From Chara braunii (lineage: Eukaryota; Plantae; Charophyceae), in contig BFEA01000013.1 in NCBI GenBank assembly GCA_003427395.1, positions 336,336 to 400,335 of the forward strand: a stretch of DNA of 64,000 bases. Reading direction: 5' to 3'. Within the stretch, counting starts at the first letter, position 1. Every line of letters starts with the position of its first letter. Positions 63,809-64,000 of the stretch are shown here, in pieces. The notes beneath the pieces were generated by a model. That model searched no databases. It worked only from the letters and a program-made list of their open reading frames with translations, and had not been told where the DNA came from. The position numbers and the translations under genes are program-made.

Positions 63809-64000
63809 CAGGGTTGTAACCCTGGGACCCCCGGGGGCAAAGCCGGGGCCGAGATTTCACCCCCAGACCCCCTCCCGCGGGGGCGCCGACCCCCGAACCC
63901 CGCTGAAGAGCCCCGCGCCCGCCCGACCCCCGGCACCCCTGCTAGACCCCGGCCCTGGCACCCAGCACCCCGGCCCCGGCCCCGGGACCCCCACCAACCC
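63809..64000. mobile_element. Probable terminus of another DNA transposon (hAT-like)
   Basis: Begins CAGGGTTGTAA, followed by GC-rich ccccgg subterminal repeats; the other end is outside the window. Confidence 0.4.

Overview
Eukaryotic, repeat-saturated and heavily CpG/CpHpG-decayed genomic DNA with several N gaps. No intact host gene was recognised. The style (DUF659-type hAT transposases with long low-complexity tails, plant-type U6 3' sequence, abundant CA/GA/ATT/ATCA microsatellites) suggests a streptophyte alga such as Chara; this is inference. The window is a stack of nested transposons. (1) A hAT element spans ~2.1-30.2 kb. Its transposase is split by a 330-bp structured insertion and by a ~19.9-kb TGTCG...CGACA element with a 4-bp target duplication. 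(2) A second hAT (37.1-47.1 kb, minus strand) is inserted upstream of a decayed Ty3/Gypsy element, whose pol carries a 3.6-kb internal inversion. (3) A 5'-truncated L1-clade LINE fragment lies near the end. Two signals are the most unusual. The first is a family of long LTR-like repeats (three copies) carrying tRNA-like fragments; two copies also carry U6 snRNA fragments (AGC triad plus internal stem-loop), and two type III hammerhead ribozymes lie at the distal end of one copy, with a third in a related repeat block. The second is a small non-coding, hairpin-rich mobile element present in three forms (terminally repeated, 5'-inverted, and 3'-end only). All alignments were made by eye.
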